Shown here in pieces: positions 47,783-57,708 of a stretch of DNA of 64,000 nt. The position numbers and the translations under genes are program-made. Position 1 is the stretch's first letter; each line of letters opens with the position of its first letter. Below the pieces are notes generated by a model, which did no database searches, was not told where the DNA came from, and was given only the letters and a program-made list of their open reading frames with translations. The DNA is from an uncultured Thermotogaceae bacterium (lineage in GTDB: Bacteria; Thermotogota; Thermotogae; MWEM01). The stretch spans positions 9,186 to 73,185 of the forward strand of contig CAZRYM010000003.1 in assembly GCA_964604305.1 (NCBI GenBank), read 5' to 3'.

Positions 47783-49876
47783 TTATGTTTCAAGTGTTAT
47801 TTCCACCTGATCTCCTTCGTTCAATAAATCCATGAAGGCGGCTTTTTTTTCGTTTACGGTGATATTAAAACTTTTTAGACTGTTGGAATCGATATCCATT
47901 AACCCAAAAAGGTCTATGACCTTGGGATTTTCTTCAATAAATTCAATGTCAACAATGGCACCATGATAGAGAACACTATCTGGTTCAGCTTTTACCCCAT
48001 CGACTGATATTTTTAAGGATGTGACGGGAATTTTCATTTCCTTTGCATTGACTAAGACTTTACAGTGTTTTTGATCAATGCTTTTTGTTAGCCTGCTGAC
48101 AGTTGGTGTCAATGATCTCTCTTTTATGAGAATGTTGTCACCTGAGATGATCTGATCACTTAACTCAAGTTTTCTGTCTCCTCTAAAGATTTCTGATTCT
48201 TTGACTTTGAGTGCTTGCCCTTTACCATTAACAACAATATTTATAAGCTCTTCTTTCTTCTTTGACATTTTCTCGAGAATATAGGCAACTGTACAATAAC
48301 TCAACGAATTGATTATATCGCCATCTTTTATCTGTACGTCATTACTGCATATTTCACCGTTCACCTTAGCTTGAGGTAAAAAATCAAAGCTTTCACCGTT
48401 TACTGTACAGGATATGGGGTGGAGGATTTCTGATAAATAGGTTTCCGGACTTTTACCCACTTTTCCGGGCATGAATTCGATAATATCTCCATGCTGAAGC
48501 CTTGAATGAATTCCACCCTTTTCACCATTGATAATAATGTCCGCAGTCTTACCAGGTGTTCCTTTGAGTATTTTTAATTCTCCGTTAAAATCAAATGTTA
48601 TGGCGGGTCCGGGTTTTCCAACTATTTCATCTACCCTGTATCCAATTTGTAATAGGGCTTGCATGACTGTGTTTTTTGAATCCATTCCCATCAAATCAAC
48701 CGGTTTTTCGTTTACCATAACTCTAACAAAGACACTTCCTGTATTGGTGTCTACGCTGTTGGCAATACTAACGGGGGTAATATATTCACTTCCTGCCAAA
48801 GTTTTCGTTTTGTCATGAACGTTTTGTAGATTTTCTATGCTTTTTAGGGCGACACGATTTTTAGGAAGCTCCAATTTTTGAGCTAATAATTCAGTAAAGA
48901 AAGGAGCGCGTGCTCCTCCCCCAACTACCATGACAGCAACGGGAGACTTTCCATTTAGGTTAAAGACTTCTTCAGAAATTTTCGAGGTGATTTCATCGAT
49001 GACGGGTTTTATCACCGCGTAAAATTTTTCTTTGGTTATATTGATTGGGGTATCAAGTATGTCTTTGACTTCGATTTCTTCCTGTTGGCAGTCACTTAAG
49101 GTCCTTTTGACCTTTTCTCCGGTATTAAAATCTATGAGGTACTCTTCACAAAGTCGTTCTGTGATTTCATCCCCCGCCATAGGTACCATGCCATAGGCGA
49201 TTACGGTACCATCTCTCGATATGGCTATATCACTTGTTCCTGCTCCCACATCAATAAGAGCGATATTTAACTTCCTCAAATCAGGGGGTACAACCAGATT
49301 CATGGCAGCTATTGGTTCAAGAGTGATATGTTCAGGAGTTAAGTTGGACAACTCCAGTACGTTCATCATTGCATTTACGATATATGCAGGTAGAAATGCG
49401 GAAATGACCTTTACAGAAATCTTTCTGCCTCTTTGTCCTTCAAGATTTTTAATCCATTCATCATCAAGTGAATAATAAAGAACCGAATAACCCACACAGT
49501 ACATTTCTTTTCCATCTGTTTCAAGCGACTCTATTGACTTGTTAATGGCTTCCATTTCCAGTATTCTGACCGTGTCTTTAGCAATCGCATGCTCGTTTGT
49601 GACATCCATCCAGGATTCTCCTATTGATGTCTTTAAAAACCTTCCGGCAAGCGCTACAGATGCTTTGTCAATCTTTATGTCATTTTTTTCTTTTAGCGAA
49701 TTGGTAATTTGTTGAACGATTTTTGTTACTTTGTTTACATCATGAATGGCTCCATCTAGCATAGCCCGTTCTTCATGTTCCATTATCAGTGTGTCGTATA
49801 TGGTAATCGATGATTCATATTTTTCCGCTAAAACGCCTATAACCGTTCGTGTGCCGATATCAAGTGCGTATATCAA
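47783..49876 (-). CDS. FtsA-like actin-family ATPase with a long repeated C-terminal extension
   Basis: ALDIGTR, LEPIAA, LIDVGAGTSD, AGDEIT, GE.VKR, VGGGA. A tail of about 300 aa with repeated VNG...GD units follows. Start moved to TTG 49876. Confidence 0.85.
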   Translation of the reverse strand: MIYALDIGTRTVIGVLAEKYESSITIYDTLIMEHEERAMLDGAIHDVNKVTKIVQQITNSLKEKNDIKIDKASVALAGRFLKTSIGESWMDVTNEHAIAKDTVRILEMEAINKSIESLETDGKEMYCVGYSVLYYSLDDEWIKNLEGQRGRKISVKVISAFLPAYIVNAMMNVLELSNLTPEHITLEPIAAMNLVVPPDLRKLNIALIDVGAGTSDIAISRDGTVIAYGMVPMAGDEITERLCEEYLIDFNTGEKVKRTLSDCQQEEIEVKDILDTPINITKEKFYAVIKPVIDEITSKISEEVFNLNGKSPVAVMVVGGGARAPFFTELLAQKLELPKNRVALKSIENLQNVHDKTKTLAGSEYITPVSIANSVDTNTGSVFVRVMVNEKPVDLMGMDSKNTVMQALLQIGYRVDEIVGKPGPAITFDFNGELKILKGTPGKTADIIINGEKGGIHSRLQHGDIIEFMPGKVGKSPETYLSEILHPISCTVNGESFDFLPQAKVNGEICSNDVQIKDGDIINSLSYCTVAYILEKMSKKKEELINIVVNGKGQALKVKESEIFRGDRKLELSDQIISGDNILIKERSLTPTVSRLTKSIDQKHCKVLVNAKEMKIPVTSLKISVDGVKAEPDSVLYHGAIVDIEFIEENPKVIDLFGLMDIDSNSLKSFNITVNEKKAAFMDLLNEGDQVEITLET

Positions 49877-49998
49877 ATCAAAACACCCCTGTATCCTGAG
49901 ATTTTTCATGTCAATTATACAGCATTCATTTATGGTTTGGTAAAAAAAGGATAAAAACACGATATATGAATAGAACTCGAAGTAATTATACCATAGAG

Positions 49999-52900
49999 TT
50001 AATCGAACATTTCGCGGATATCTTCTGCAGAAATTTCTTTATCAACATCAGAAGACACTTCTACAACATCATTAACAATTTCCATTTTTTTATTCTGTAA
50101 CTCAAGGACTTTCTCTTCGATTGTTGAAGAACTGATCATACGATAAACCATAACCGGCCTTGTTTGGCCAATTCTGTGAGTTCTGTCAATGGCTTGCATT
50201 TCAACTGCAGGATTCCACCAGGGATCCAGAATGATAACATAATCGGCTTCAGTGAGATTTAAACCTACTCCACCTACTTTTAATGTCATTAAGAGAATTT
50301 TTTGCTCAGTCTCGTTTTTAAATTGGTTCAATATCTGTTCCCTGTTTCTTGTTGAGCCATCAATGGTAAGATTATTTGTATCTCTACTCTTTAGTTCTCT
50401 TTTTACTATTTCAAGCATGGAAGAAAATTGAGAAAACACGATGATTTTGTGGCCTTCAGATGTGATTTCTTCAAGTAATTCCAATAAAGAATCTAATTTT
50501 CCCGATCCGATCTGTTCGTTCTTTATGAACATTTCAGGATGAGTTGCGATTTGTCGTAATCTTAAAATATGTTTTAGGATTTGAAATCGATTGGTATTCC
50601 ATTCTTCCTGTGTTTGAGTCATTTCTTTTACTTCCTGCTTTACACGCATATAATAATTAACATATAATTCTTCCTGACTTTCTGTCATATCCACATAGAA
50701 ATTCTTGATGGTTTTTGGTGGTAAATCCTTAAGTACCTCTTCTTTTTTTCTTCTAAGCATGAGTGGTTTAATCTTCTTCTGGAGAATTTTGTAGTTTTGT
50801 TCATAAATCCTTTTATATTCTTTGTTAGTTCCAAAAAAACCGGGGATCAGAAAATCAAAAAGACTTTTGAGATCGCTAATTGAATTTTCTATGGGTGTAC
50901 CAGTTAAGGCTATTTTGTGTTTGGCAGTAAGTTTTTTCATTTCCTTAAATGTTTTTGTTTGGTTGTTTTTTAGGTTTTGAGCTTCATCAACGATGCAATA
51001 ATCAAATTGTTCTTTGTTAAAGAAGACAGAGTCATTTCTAAAGGTTCCATAGGTTGTGATCCAAATGTGGCGCTTTTTCTCCCTTAATTCTTTCCTTTCG
51101 TTTTTGGTGCCATGATATATCTCACTCTTTAAAAGGGGGGCAAATCTTTCGATTTCTTTCTTCCAGTTTTTGAGTAGTGATTTAGGACAAATTATGATTC
51201 CGTTCAGTTCAAAATTTCTTTCGAAATATGACAGGAGAAGACATATCGTTTGTACGGTTTTTCCCAACCCCATATCATCAGCTAAAACCCCATTCAGATT
51301 AAATTCTTCCAGAAATCTTAACCAGTTATACCCACTGATTTGATATTCTCTAAGAGTTCCGTTGAAGCTTTTAGGGATTAAGTATTCTTTTATTCCAGAA
51401 AAATCTTCTGTCATACTGATAATATTTGATGCTTTTTCATCGAGCTCCTTAGAGTCGTATTCGTTTAATTCCTGTAGGATATCATACCTATGCCACCCTT
51501 CTTTCATGTTTTTCTTTAAATTCTTAATCTTGCCACTTAATTTTTTAAGCTTATTCAATTCTCGTTTATCTAATCTATAAAATTGGCCATCAATTTCTAT
51601 AAATTCATTATTATCCTTTATTGTTTTTATAACATTTTCAAAGGGAACTTCCTTGTCATCTGCGGTTACGCTAAAATTCATTTCGAACCAATTGATTCCG
51701 GATTTAACGTCCACAGCTACAATGGTTTTGGGATGTTGAATCTTAGTTAGTTTTTTATCACAATCAAGGATCACATTGTCAGAATGCTTGATGAATAATT
51801 CATCGATAATCTTCAAAACATCTTCAAGACTTAACTCCCAATAATACTCATAATTTTCTTCTTTCACCATTGTCAGATTGTTTTTTAACACATCCAACTG
51901 TTCTTGCTCGAAAATCCGATCTCTAATGTACATCTTTCCTTTTTCAACATCAACGATCTCGTTTTTAAGGTTTTCAGGACTAATCCTGATTCCCGAGTAA
52001 GAAAACTCAAGTTTAAACAGAAATAAATCTCCTTTTCTTTCGATGATCCAAACTGCCTTTTTTTCAGCATCTTGAACTTGCAAAGGTATTTGAACATCCA
52101 GTTCTTTATCAAAATGTACTCCCATGGTTATAAGAGGTGCCAAAATGTCTTTTTTAATCAATTCTTTTTGCATTTCCTCAGGGTTAAATAAAACGGTCTC
52201 CAAGTTATTCTTGCCATGGTAAAGATGCCGAATTTGAGCTTGATTTAAAGGTGATATCAAGGGATAGATGATATCTTTTATGATGAGTCCGGATTTGTTT
52301 GTCTCGCCATATACCGGTATGTATTTCCCGGAGCTGTAATTTGACGATTCTGTTATCGAATCAGCATCGATAAATATTCCTTCATCTTCATTGATAAATT
52401 CGAGTTTTAGTTGATTTTCTTTTTTCTTCAAAATTAAAAACAGTGCCGGACCAAATTCAACTTTCCGTTTTTTGTGTTCAAAATAAATATAAGGGAACCC
52501 GGAAAAAACCTTTTTAAATTTATGCACATCTTTTAGACTAAATGAATCGTGTTTATATTTGATGATATTGAGCAGCTGTGAAAACCTGGGGTCATAAAAT
52601 GAGGTCAACTCGTTCAAAGACACTTCTCTTCGGCCTGTTTTCACGGGGTTTCCTTTTACTCCAAGCTTTTGTTCATAAACGATTATTTCCAGATCATTCA
52701 TTGTTTTATGAAGTTCTAAAACTAATACCTTGGACTCATATTGACTGAGCATATCCAGTAGATTGGTAGATTTTTTTGATTCCAATTCATTGATGAAGTT
52801 TTTTACTGTGCTTTTATTTTTGTACTCTTTGTGTTTTCTTCTTAATAAATTGAGTCTATTTGCTGATTTATATTCATCTTTTATCTGATCTTTATTTTCC

Positions 52901-53178
52901 AGCGCTTTGATTATGAGGGCACCGATATGTTTGCAAATGTTTCCACTTAAAAAATGAGTGCATGTACAGTAAAACTCAATATTTTTATCTTTGAGTTCAA
53001 TTTCGGTAAAATAATCTTCTGTCCCTCTGATAAGGGCTTGAAATTTTATAAGACCGGGTTCAACATTTATGGAATAATTTAATATCCTACCAATATTGTA
53101 ATAAATATTGGCTTTTTCCTTTATCGATGTAGGTAATTTTTTAAAGGATTCATAAAGAAGATCCGTTTTCTTTTCCAA
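49999..53178 (-). CDS. SWIM zinc finger + SNF2-family helicase/ATPase (start may lie upstream)
   Basis: CTC...CKH SWIM, LADDMGLGKT, DEAQ, LTGTPIEN, LRR.K, GGVGLNL, QAIDRTHRIGQ. Confidence 0.93.
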   Translation of the reverse strand: MEKKTDLLYESFKKLPTSIKEKANIYYNIGRILNYSINVEPGLIKFQALIRGTEDYFTEIELKDKNIEFYCTCTHFLSGNICKHIGALIIKALENKDQIKDEYKSANRLNLLRRKHKEYKNKSTVKNFINELESKKSTNLLDMLSQYESKVLVLELHKTMNDLEIIVYEQKLGVKGNPVKTGRREVSLNELTSFYDPRFSQLLNIIKYKHDSFSLKDVHKFKKVFSGFPYIYFEHKKRKVEFGPALFLILKKKENQLKLEFINEDEGIFIDADSITESSNYSSGKYIPVYGETNKSGLIIKDIIYPLISPLNQAQIRHLYHGKNNLETVLFNPEEMQKELIKKDILAPLITMGVHFDKELDVQIPLQVQDAEKKAVWIIERKGDLFLFKLEFSYSGIRISPENLKNEIVDVEKGKMYIRDRIFEQEQLDVLKNNLTMVKEENYEYYWELSLEDVLKIIDELFIKHSDNVILDCDKKLTKIQHPKTIVAVDVKSGINWFEMNFSVTADDKEVPFENVIKTIKDNNEFIEIDGQFYRLDKRELNKLKKLSGKIKNLKKNMKEGWHRYDILQELNEYDSKELDEKASNIISMTEDFSGIKEYLIPKSFNGTLREYQISGYNWLRFLEEFNLNGVLADDMGLGKTVQTICLLLSYFERNFELNGIIICPKSLLKNWKKEIERFAPLLKSEIYHGTKNERKELREKKRHIWITTYGTFRNDSVFFNKEQFDYCIVDEAQNLKNNQTKTFKEMKKLTAKHKIALTGTPIENSISDLKSLFDFLIPGFFGTNKEYKRIYEQNYKILQKKIKPLMLRRKKEEVLKDLPPKTIKNFYVDMTESQEELYVNYYMRVKQEVKEMTQTQEEWNTNRFQILKHILRLRQIATHPEMFIKNEQIGSGKLDSLLELLEEITSEGHKIIVFSQFSSMLEIVKRELKSRDTNNLTIDGSTRNREQILNQFKNETEQKILLMTLKVGGVGLNLTEADYVIILDPWWNPAVEMQAIDRTHRIGQTRPVMVYRMISSSTIEEKVLELQNKKMEIVNDVVEVSSDVDKEISAEDIREMFD

Positions 53179-53334
53179 CCATTCTTTTGTTTCTTCGTTG
53201 TTTAAATTTTTAATGCATATTCCCCCAATAATAAATTTTCAACTTTATATTTTAACATTTTTTTGTGTTTTGAAAAAACACTTCATTTTGTTATAATATC
53301 ATATATTTAAAAAACATATATCTGGAGGTCGGAA

Positions 53335-54063
53335 ATGAAGATAGGAATACCCGTAGTTGAAGAAAAAGGACTCAATTCAGCGTTGAGTGAACACTTTGGA
53401 AGAACACCATTTTATATATTTGCAAATGTAATTAATAGCAAAGTTGAAAAATATGATTTGGTTAAAAATCCCTTTGAACAACATGGACCTGGTCAGATTC
53501 CTGCATGGGTTCATGAAAATGATGTAGATACAATGATTGTAAAAGGAATTGGATCAAGAGCCATCAGTTTTTTTTCGAATTATGGAATAACAGTTGTCAA
53601 AGCAACCGGAGATACCGCTGAACAATGTATTAAAGATTATTTATCAGGGAAAATTGATGATGACGATCCCGCTTGTAAACATACTCACTCTGAAGAACAT
53701 CATCATGACCAAGAACATTCATGTAAAAAGGATTATGGCACCATAGCTCTTACCTTGAAAGAGAAATCACTTGACTCTCAGATAGATGAGCGTTTTGCCC
53801 GGGGCAATATTATTGTCATTATTAACTGTGACAATGGTTCAGTTGAATTCTTAGAAAACAACCCTGAAGAGGAACACGGTGTCGGCCCAAAGATGATTGG
53901 CTTTTTGGCAAACAAAGGGGTTAATACCATTATCGCAAAATCTTTAGGTCAAAACGCTGCACTGGCAGCGAAAGAAGCCGGCATGAAGGCTTATGAATCT
54001 GAAGATGGTACTGGTAATGAAAATCTTCAAAAACTTTGGAGTGGTAAACTAAAAAGTTTATAA
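53335..54063 (+). CDS. Tandem NifB/NifX (dinitrogenase FeMo-cofactor biosynthesis-like) domain protein with a His/Cys-rich linker
   Basis: Two repeats (SEHFGR.P...GIG.RA and DERFARG...LGQNA) joined by CKHTHSEEHHHDQEHSC. Confidence 0.85.
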   Translation: MKIGIPVVEEKGLNSALSEHFGRTPFYIFANVINSKVEKYDLVKNPFEQHGPGQIPAWVHENDVDTMIVKGIGSRAISFFSNYGITVVKATGDTAEQCIKDYLSGKIDDDDPACKHTHSEEHHHDQEHSCKKDYGTIALTLKEKSLDSQIDERFARGNIIVIINCDNGSVEFLENNPEEEHGVGPKMIGFLANKGVNTIIAKSLGQNAALAAKEAGMKAYESEDGTGNENLQKLWSGKLKSL

Positions 54064-54087
54064 TTTCTGCAAATAATATTTCCATAA

Positions 54088-54124
54088 AAAAAAGAGGGAG
54101 AAGAAAAAATTCTCCCTCTTTTTT
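54088..54124 (+). terminator. Intrinsic terminator
   Basis: AAAAAAGAGGGAGAA / TTCTCCCTCTTTTTT. Confidence 0.8.
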
Positions 54125-54184
54125 CATAGAAAATCTCATTATGATTACGAAAATGATACGGAATATTTAATTTATAAGTTACCT

Positions 54185-54213
54185 TTGACAAATGTAGGCT
54201 TGTATATTATAAT
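54185..54213 (+). promoter_or_regulatory. Consensus sigma70 promoter of feoAAB
   Basis: TTGACA 54185-54190, 17 bp, TATAAT 54208-54213. Confidence 0.85.
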
Positions 54214-54254
54214 AAAGCTGATGTATCATTTTTTAGATTAGAGGAGGTAATTAT

Positions 54255-54476
54255 ATGCCATTAACATTTGCCGGAAGAGGCAAGTTTAAAGTGAATAAAA
54301 TCAATGGTGGAAACACGGTGAAAAACAGATTGGCGAAAATGGGGATAATTGAGGGGAGTTATATAAAGGTATCAAACGCTCATCATGGGGGACCTGTAGT
54401 TGTACAATTACAGGATGCTCAATATGGAATCGGAATTGGAGTTGCATCCAAGATTGATGTAACACCGGTTTCTTAA
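54255..54476 (+). CDS. feoA: Ferrous iron transport protein A
   Basis: RLAKMGI.EG...V......GPVVV......IG.G.A.KI.V. Confidence 0.88.
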   Translation: MPLTFAGRGKFKVNKINGGNTVKNRLAKMGIIEGSYIKVSNAHHGGPVVVQLQDAQYGIGIGVASKIDVTPVS

Positions 54477-54490
54477 AGAAGGAAATCATC

Positions 54491-54724
54491 ATGACAATCG
54501 ATCAGATGAAAGTTGGATCCTCTGGAATAGTAAAAGCCATTAAGGCAGCTTCCATTATTAAGAAAAGATTGTTGGCCATGGGCCTTACTCCGGGAACAGA
54601 ATTTCAAGTTGTGAAGGTTGCACCAATGGGAGATCCCATAGAGCTCAAAATTAGAGGTTATCGCCTTACTTTGAGAAAAACCGAAGCATCTTGTTTGGAA
54701 GCAGATCTCATAGGGAATGATTGA
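54491..54724 (+). CDS. feoA: Ferrous iron transport protein A (second copy)
   Basis: RLLAMGLTPG....V.KVAPMGDPIE..IRGY.L.LRK.EA. Confidence 0.93.
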   Translation: MTIDQMKVGSSGIVKAIKAASIIKKRLLAMGLTPGTEFQVVKVAPMGDPIELKIRGYRLTLRKTEASCLEADLIGND

Positions 54725-56737
54725 ATGCATAAAATAGCTTTGGGAGGAAATCCAAATAGTGGTAAAACTTCAGTATTTAATGCATTAACTGGTTCTCATC
54801 AACATGTTGGCAACTGGCCGGGTGTAACTGTTGAGAGAAAAGAGGGAGAACTAAAGATCGATTCCGAAAAGTTTGTTTTAATCGACCTTCCGGGAACGTA
54901 TAGTCTTTCAGCAAATTCGATTGATGAGAAAATTGCCAGAGATTTTATCATCGAAAAGAAGCCGGAGCTTACAGTAATCGTTATGGATCAAACAAACATA
55001 GAAAGAAATTTCTATCTTGTGTTAGAGATTATTGAAATGGGACGACCTGTTTTGCTGGTATTAAACATGGATGATGAAGCCAAAAAAATGGGAATAAAAG
55101 TCGATATGGAGGGTTTGGAAAAGTTTTTAAACGTTACTGTCTGTAAAACAATTGCGACTAAACGTGTAGGTATAGAGACATTAAAAGAAAAGATTCTACT
55201 GGCAGTCAAGAAACAGGAAAAACCGAATGTTTTAAAATTCTCTTTAAATACTGAGAAATTCATAGAAGAGGTCTCATTATTTTTTAAAGATTATGATGAA
55301 GATTTGCAAAGATGGTTTGCCATTAAAGCATTGGAAAAGGATTCGTTTATTCAGGAATTAATTACTCAAGACAAATTTAGGCTCTTGGAGAAAAAAATTG
55401 AGTCAATCGAAAAAGCTCTATCCAATGAGACGGATATATTGCTGGCTGAGGAAAGATATGCCATCATTCATGGCATTACCAAAGAGTTTATAAAAAGGAT
55501 TTTAACAGAACAGGATCGGGAACGTTTTTCAACAAGAATAGATCATGTTGTAACACATAGAATATGGGGTATACCTATTTTTGCTGGAATTATGTGGTTG
55601 ATGTTTCAGCTTGCTTTTTTTGTCGGAGGATATTTTGTTGATGTAGTCGATCATTGGTTTAGTCTTTTTAGTGATTATCTTTCCTCGATAATGGGAGATT
55701 CAATATTTTCAGCCTTTATTACAGATGCTGTTATCGGTGGTCTTGGAGCCTTCGCTGTCTTTTTACCTCAACTTTTCGTTTTATTCTTATTTATTTCTTT
55801 CTTAGGGGATATCGGATATATGTCTCGTGCAGCTTTTGTTATGGATAAGTTCATGCATGCTCTGGGATTACATGGCAAATCGTTTATCCCCATGATTTTG
55901 GGTTTTGGTTGTACAGTTCCCGGGGTAATGGCAGCCCGAACTTTGGAATCAAAAAAAGATAGAGTTATTACGATTCTGGTTACCCCCCTAATGTCTTGTG
56001 GGGCAAGGCTTCCCGTTTATGCCTTGCTGGGGAGTATATTCTTTGCAGGTCATGAAGGAACTGTCACATTTTTACTTTATATGATAGGGGTTGTGTTGGC
56101 TATTCTCATGGCTCGGATATTTAAAAGTACGTTTTTTAAGAAAGAGGAAACGCTTTTTATTATGGAGCTTCCTCCCTACAGATGGCCAAGTGCCAGAGAG
56201 ACTTTTGGTCAGGCTTTCAGAAACAGCTGGCAATTTTTAAAGAAGGCCGGAACCATTATTTTTGCAGCCGTTATTATCATCTGGCTTTTATCGGTTTTCC
56301 CGGCAGGGATAGATGCACCACCTCAAGATAATTACATTGGTGATATTGGTAGAACTCTTGAACCGATTTTTCAGCCTCTGGGTTTTGAAGGATGGGAAGC
56401 GGGTGTTGCTTTAACATTTGGCATTCTGGCCAAAGAAATCGTTGTTGGAACTTTTGGCACACTTTTCACCGGTCAGGATTTTGGCACTATTGCCGACTTT
56501 GTTGATGCCGGTTTAAAGGGAAATCTTATTCAGGGCTTGAAAACTGTCTTTCCAAATGCCATTGCCGCCTTTTCATTCTTACTTTTTGTGCTTATCTATA
56601 CCCCTTGTGCGGCAGCTTTGGCAACGATCAAGCAGGAAATCGGCTGGAAATGGATGTGGTTCACCGCCATTTATCTGTTTGTCCTGGCATATACCGTCTC
56701 TTTCCTGTTTTATAATATTGCAATTTTATTTATTTAA
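54725..56737 (+). CDS. feoB: Ferrous iron transporter FeoB
   Basis: GNPNSGKT, VGNWPGVTVE, DLPGTYSL, LNMDD, GFGCTVP, CGARLPVY, YTPC. Confidence 0.96.
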   Translation: MHKIALGGNPNSGKTSVFNALTGSHQHVGNWPGVTVERKEGELKIDSEKFVLIDLPGTYSLSANSIDEKIARDFIIEKKPELTVIVMDQTNIERNFYLVLEIIEMGRPVLLVLNMDDEAKKMGIKVDMEGLEKFLNVTVCKTIATKRVGIETLKEKILLAVKKQEKPNVLKFSLNTEKFIEEVSLFFKDYDEDLQRWFAIKALEKDSFIQELITQDKFRLLEKKIESIEKALSNETDILLAEERYAIIHGITKEFIKRILTEQDRERFSTRIDHVVTHRIWGIPIFAGIMWLMFQLAFFVGGYFVDVVDHWFSLFSDYLSSIMGDSIFSAFITDAVIGGLGAFAVFLPQLFVLFLFISFLGDIGYMSRAAFVMDKFMHALGLHGKSFIPMILGFGCTVPGVMAARTLESKKDRVITILVTPLMSCGARLPVYALLGSIFFAGHEGTVTFLLYMIGVVLAILMARIFKSTFFKKEETLFIMELPPYRWPSARETFGQAFRNSWQFLKKAGTIIFAAVIIIWLLSVFPAGIDAPPQDNYIGDIGRTLEPIFQPLGFEGWEAGVALTFGILAKEIVVGTFGTLFTGQDFGTIADFVDAGLKGNLIQGLKTVFPNAIAAFSFLLFVLIYTPCAAALATIKQEIGWKWMWFTAIYLFVLAYTVSFLFYNIAILFI

Positions 56738-56747
56738 CGATAAAAAG

Positions 56748-56787
56748 ATAAAAAAACAAGGCCTTTTATGAGGCTTTGTTTTTTTAT
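56748..56787. terminator. Bidirectional intrinsic terminator between feoB and xth
   Basis: ATAAAAAAACAAGGCCT-tttatg-AGGCTTTGTTTTTTTAT. Confidence 0.75.
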
Positions 56788-56794
56788 CGTTACA

Positions 56795-57559
56795 TTATTC
56801 TATCTCAAGTTCTATGGGACAGTGATCCGATCCCATAACCTGTGAGTGGATAGAGGCTCCTTTGACTCGATCTGACATGTTTTCACTCACGAAGAAATAG
56901 TCGATTCTCCAGCCTACATTTCTTTCTCTTGCCCTGGTCTTATAATCCCACCAAGTATATAGCTCATCTTCTTTGTGGAACATTCTCAGTGTGTCTTTAA
57001 AACCGGCATCTAAAAATTGATCTATCCATTCTCTTTCTATGGGCAAAAAGCCGGAGGTTTCGCTGTTTTCTTTTGGCCTTGCCAGATCAATTTCCTTGTG
57101 GGCCGTATTGACATCTCCACAGATAATGACATTGTGTCCTTTATCATAAAGTCCTTTGGCCTTTTTTAAAAACTCCTCGTAAAATGCCATTTTAAAAGCA
57201 AGTCTTTCCTTGGAAGCCTTTCCATTTGGAAAGTAGATGTTAAAGAGAATAAAGTCGTCGTACACAAGCTCCAACGTTCGTCCTTCTTCGTCAAAGGTTT
57301 TTATTCCCAATCCGTGAATCACCTCTTTGGGCTCTTCCTTGGTGAAAACCATCACCCCGCTGTAACCTTTTCTTTGAGCTGATTCAAAATATGAAGTATA
57401 CCCTTCTATCTGTTTTTGCGGGTGACTCAACTGATCAGGATGCGCCTTTGTCTCTTGAATGCAAATGATATCGGGATTATATTCCATGAACCATTCGTAT
57501 TTTGTCTTTCTATAAATTGCTCTAATCCCGTTAACATTCCATGAGATTATCTTTTTCAT
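56795..57559 (-). CDS. xth: Exodeoxyribonuclease III / AP endonuclease
   Basis: [50 protein letters not shown] 57559. Confidence 0.95.
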   Translation of the reverse strand: MKKIISWNVNGIRAIYRKTKYEWFMEYNPDIICIQETKAHPDQLSHPQKQIEGYTSYFESAQRKGYSGVMVFTKEEPKEVIHGLGIKTFDEEGRTLELVYDDFILFNIYFPNGKASKERLAFKMAFYEEFLKKAKGLYDKGHNVIICGDVNTAHKEIDLARPKENSETSGFLPIEREWIDQFLDAGFKDTLRMFHKEDELYTWWDYKTRARERNVGWRIDYFFVSENMSDRVKGASIHSQVMGSDHCPIELEIE

Positions 57560-57708
57560 GCTTTCCTCTCCTTTTCTGGACATTGGTCTAGTATTTCTCG
57601 TTTTTTGTTCTTTTCTTTACCATTATACTACTTGACGTGGAGTACACTCAAACTATTAAACTCATTATATAGAAAACGGGTATGATTTTCTTGAATGGAG
57701 GCGTTAAG

